Assembly (NCBI GenBank): GCA_963745025.1
Contig: CAVUWD010000018.1
Location: 64,858-128,857 of the forward strand
Length of the DNA: 64,000 nucleotides
From: an uncultured delta proteobacterium
GTDB taxonomy: Bacteria > Desulfobacterota > Binatia > JACPRU01
Direction of reading: 5' to 3'
Part shown: positions 61,101 to 64,000 of the stretch, piece by piece
Numbering within the stretch: position 1 is the stretch's first letter
Layout of the letters: every line of letters begins with the position of its first letter
Translations under genes and position numbers: made by a program
Notes under the pieces: generated by a model
Databases searched by the model: none
Seen by the model: only the letters and a program-made list of their open reading frames with translations
Told to the model about the DNA's origin: nothing

Positions 61101-61547
61101 GAGGACGACTGGGAGTTTTTCGCGCCTGGATTCATGGAAAAGTCTCTATCCGTACTGACGCACAATCCCGACATCTTGCAGGTATGGGTACGTGCGCTCT
61201 CCGACACCAATAATTCCCCGGTAATGGATTACGTTTTCTTTGCTGACGAAGTCCCGTACCGCCTCATACAGCCCGGGCATCATACAGAAGAATGGGGGAC
61301 TTGGTATGGTTTCTCTTTCAATCCCGGTCTGCGGCGGAGGCGCGACTACCAGTTGCTCGGCTCCTTCGGAACACTAGATCCCCTTCGGCAGAAGAGATCC
61401 TACGAGGTCGAGCGGGAGGCGTCAGAGTTTTATCTGAAGCACGGATTTCTAGCCGCTATCCTTGCTGACAATGACGGCAAAGGTTACGTCAAGCACATCG
61501 GCTGGGGCCGGCGCGTGTCAACACCTTCGCATGAACATCCGGCGTGA
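58176..61547 (+). CDS. Multidomain glycan enzyme: Ig-like, GT2-like, methyltransferase, polysaccharide deacetylase-like, GT2
   Basis: EGHVD..GW; DNGSTDGT/LDADEF; EDWGCG/RHVLEH; WWRDDDA/QHGWGH/FVPP/ILTHH; ITSCGR/HCEDDW/HIG. Confidence 0.88.
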   Translation: MTIGFSQDVFEGHVDRVENGRVFGWLWQSDLPNAPVSVDLYVDNVYEQTTVALLYRADLESAGKGNGRHAFEVTLPARCYDGKAHGIKLCCQGTTLELHGSPQSVSLEPRTTPAFRIDNQQRVTAVPNPSKTSVLPRFRMFGVLGTWMEADVVAANIRNAMTQGCERVYLVDNGSTDGTVDIACAEGAILARLFRTDRYDENLRLRHMNDVVSEVSESERDQYIWWLFLDADEFAHGPGGMTLRDYLKTLDKKFRVVGTRFFDHYPGDSPHYVPGRHPLDFQPLCEELAYPMCPSMHRKHPLQRYDRGGAPIECGRGFHLAQCTDQLYEPSQPAFLHHFPFREENVTRGRLKALWAKDQKGVARALESHDTHMLTRFRSLDAVYSQDWARVGNFITVDPMCGLLESPPPASGVSLRPWTEMVATEHQHVLRWYSVIGVWNYDKLDKFNYGDDTTYKKGIAFLDGHGTIEDWGCGFAHAKPFVTKSQYVGIDGSSKHADKIVDLREYTSETDCIFMRHVLEHNFDWRRILANAIASFKKRMVLVIFTPLSETTRQIATSTVLTSIPVPDISFRKEDLTDYFKHYRCTEESLKTDTQYGTEHVFYIEKYAEEQLPTQTSRVTRLEEQLGSELDAWAAAGMTARLWWRDDDAASDTPQLRRLLDVARDVGIVVALAVVPERADDSLATLVSPAECCIWQHGWGHHFHASGEFGDGRALDLMMDDALAGQRSLDRLFGPAGWQRVFVPPNHALSVPFKALIPSLGYLGVSAGVQLTPPIDHVIEMNADTDVMNWSEGKILGADGICRMLVDQLMARRTGEAPCKRPIGILTHHLAFDDDAWDFVSRLLRYLKSHPAVEVLRADTLFEVPSDSLMQAPPADLPGRVKHPDQSTASITVVITSCGRQDLLVRTLDSFLKYNGYPIREVVVIEDGEAEKNVALQERYRQHDFRWLSTGAQVGQIAAIDMVYRSVETEYIFHCEDDWEFFAPGFMEKSLSVLTHNPDILQVWVRALSDTNNSPVMDYVFFADEVPYRLIQPGHHTEEWGTWYGFSFNPGLRRRRDYQLLGSFGTLDPLRQKRSYEVEREASEFYLKHGFLAAILADNDGKGYVKHIGWGRRVSTPSHEHPA

Positions 61548-61659
61548 TACGCTTCGGCGGCTTCATCGAATCTTTTTCCCAGACTCGCCTTCCCTCACCA
61601 AGGTGTTACCAGCAGCTGTACTAGGGAAGTATTCGGGAATCCATCCCCCTCAGCCCGCG

Positions 61660-63645
61660 ATGAGGGACCGCATCATCACCCTCGTGCTGGCTTGCGGCGT
61701 GGCTGCTGTTGCGCTCGCCGTGCACGCACGGGTCCTGGGTTACCCCTTCATCCAGGATGATTGGTACTATATCGATAAGGTCCTAACGACTGATCTACAC
61801 CACCTGCTGCTGGACGAGTTCTCACCCTTCGGCAAGGACGTCTATCGCCCACTCGGAATCCTCTACTTCGTCCTGGTGGCCAAGGTATTTGATCTCAATC
61901 CGTTCCTGGCACATATTACTGCCCTCGGCCTCCACGTCGCCAGCTCGCTGGTGGTGGTCGCCGTTCTCGGGCGGCTGACGGGCGATTCCGTCCTCGGTTG
62001 GCTCGGCGGTGTCCTTTATGCCAGCGCGTCCTTTGTGCACATGGATCCCTTGCTTTGGGCGTCCGGCATTTTCGAGAGCGCAAGCGTTCTCTTGGCGCTG
62101 CTATCGTTGTGGGCTTTCTTGCAGGGCCACACGGGGCGCTGTGCGATCGCCTATGCCGCCGCGCTGCTCTTCAAGGAATCCGTGGCATTTCTGCCGTTAA
62201 TTTTCTTCACCATCGCGTGGTTCGACGGGATACCTGGGCATAGGGCGCGAGTGAATGCTAGATGGTCCATTCGCCACTGGACGCCGATATGCCTGGCGAT
62301 GGTGCTGTATGGCGGGATCAAACTCGCAGGCACGTCGGTGCGGGCGCTACCACCGGATCATCCTTATGCCTTGCGCATGACCGGACCGCATGTGCTGCGC
62401 AACGTGCTGACCTATTGGAAGTGGAGTATCGAGGCGCTGTTTCCATCGGATCAGCCGGTCTCGGCAGGAGCGGCACGTCTCCTCGCAGCCCTGGCGGCGG
62501 TCCTTGGCGCCTGTACGCTAGCGGAACGCCAGATATGGCGTCGCGCCATTCCTCTCATCGTCTGGCTAGTCGGGTCGATGAGTATTTATCTCTTTCTCCC
62601 AAATCACGTTTACCGCTACTACATGACAGTGGCGCTTCCTCCCCTAGTGGGCTTGCTTCTTTTGAGCGTACGGGCCTGCTGCAAGCTCATTCGACTCCCA
62701 GCCCCGACGTCGGCCGTATTGATGGCGTTCCTGGCGGCTGCAAGTGTTACTTCTTCTTTTGTATACTTTCGGCAGATTGATGGACGCGGCTTGAATCAAC
62801 CGTATACCGAGGGAACGAACGATCTGGTGCGTCGCGGCATGACGGTGACGGCGGTGCATGAGAGCCTCTTGCGTGCTCACCCCACGCTTCCTCCGGGGGC
62901 CGTGTTATTGTTCAAGGGAGTGGTACTTTGGGCATTTGGGCAGCACGCTGGGCCACGCGTTTGGTACCATGATTCGACGATCCGTGCGTATGATGCGAAT
63001 GATCTAATTCAAGAATCCGGCCGATGGTTCTTGCGCAATCCGCTCGAAGATCAGGTCGAAGCCTATATCGGCGCACCTCCCCGCCGGATTGCGCTCGAAT
63101 GTTGTCAAGTGTTTTTTTTCGAGCTGACCGCTCGGGGCCTGGTCGAGCGCCAGTTAGAATCGATTCAACACTCCATTGATGTTGCCGGGTATGGTCTGTT
63201 GGACGCCGCCTCGGCCAAGGGTACATACCAATTGGAGCAGGAGCAAGACGGCCAAACGGCGGTGCTGCGTCGAGCGCAGGGGAGCACTATCGCCGTTGTA
63301 CGCGATTCTTTGGAAGGCCATCTCGATGTCGTTGCCGTGTCGGAAAACTACATAGACGTCGCCGGCTGGGCGGCGGACACGAGAAGTCTGGCGGCGCAAT
63401 CAATCCTGGTATTCGTTGGTGGCAAAAATGTCCTCACATTGCCACTTGGAGCCGAGCGACCCGATCTCGTTAAGGCGTTCGGCAACAAAGAGCTCCATCG
63501 GGCGGGCTTTCGGTATCGCATCCCGCGCCCCATGTTGATAGCGCCATCGGCGGTCCCATCGCTGCGCTTTTTCGCTATCTCAGACGATGGGCGAGTTGCG
63601 AGTGAGTTGAAGTACCCAGTCGATTACCCGTTCCAACGTCGATAG
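61660..63645 (+). CDS. GT-C-like multi-TM protein with C-terminal Ig-like module
   Basis: FIQDDW, YRPLG, LLFKES, YRYY; C-terminal EGHLD..GWA..RPDL. Confidence 0.8.
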   Translation: MRDRIITLVLACGVAAVALAVHARVLGYPFIQDDWYYIDKVLTTDLHHLLLDEFSPFGKDVYRPLGILYFVLVAKVFDLNPFLAHITALGLHVASSLVVVAVLGRLTGDSVLGWLGGVLYASASFVHMDPLLWASGIFESASVLLALLSLWAFLQGHTGRCAIAYAAALLFKESVAFLPLIFFTIAWFDGIPGHRARVNARWSIRHWTPICLAMVLYGGIKLAGTSVRALPPDHPYALRMTGPHVLRNVLTYWKWSIEALFPSDQPVSAGAARLLAALAAVLGACTLAERQIWRRAIPLIVWLVGSMSIYLFLPNHVYRYYMTVALPPLVGLLLLSVRACCKLIRLPAPTSAVLMAFLAAASVTSSFVYFRQIDGRGLNQPYTEGTNDLVRRGMTVTAVHESLLRAHPTLPPGAVLLFKGVVLWAFGQHAGPRVWYHDSTIRAYDANDLIQESGRWFLRNPLEDQVEAYIGAPPRRIALECCQVFFFELTARGLVERQLESIQHSIDVAGYGLLDAASAKGTYQLEQEQDGQTAVLRRAQGSTIAVVRDSLEGHLDVVAVSENYIDVAGWAADTRSLAAQSILVFVGGKNVLTLPLGAERPDLVKAFGNKELHRAGFRYRIPRPMLIAPSAVPSLRFFAISDDGRVASELKYPVDYPFQRR

Positions 63646-64000
63646 GTAATGGTCTATCCTGAGCCCACCTCGCCACCGGTGAGACGCGCGCCGACAAGCG
63701 CTTCGTCCACACGCTGGATGCGATCGTCCACGCCAGATGCAAAGTCGTCTTCCAGTCAAACACGACTCCTCTTGTGCGCCCGCGGCGATCAGAACGGCGC
63801 GCGCCGACGCCGCCGGCAACGTTTGACTACGTCGGCCCCGAGACGGCGGCGCGAGTGCGCGTTGAACGGTTCGTTCGGAGTGCTCGATCCGTATGATAGA
63901 GAGAAGTCTTGCGAGTGCGCGACGTCAGAGATTTGATCCCGATCACGGGCTATCCAACCGCAATCCTTGGGATGAACATCCAGCCTAATACACTTCGGCG

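Overview
GC-rich bacterial DNA; the gene content resembles Deltaproteobacteria/Binatota (inference only). Bases 1 to ~19.5 kb are intact, tightly coupled core-like genes: tag, YhhN, nucleoside phosphorylase, TPR protein, two acyl-CoA dehydrogenases, sthA, nitroreductase, NUDIX, lipase maturation factor, CoA-transferase, fabD and fabG. Two features here are missing from the ORF track: a probable selenocysteine (UxxC) glutaredoxin with a SECIS-like hairpin (16343-16570, minus) and a three-hairpin intergenic element (~10890-11060). From ~19.7 kb to the end lies a mosaic, partly decayed accessory region. It holds three toxin-antitoxin modules, an IS1634-family element inserted between higB and higA, remnants of IS1182, IS5 and ISNCY elements, and a tyrosine-integrase pseudogene beside a tRNA-Sec-like 3' fragment (probable att site). 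It also carries a large surface-glycan synthesis and modification cluster: wzm, decayed wzt, GT2, GT4 and GT-C-like transferases, acyltransferase-3, SGNH, GH99-like, methyltransferases and DUF362. All calls come from motif recognition by eye; no searches were run.
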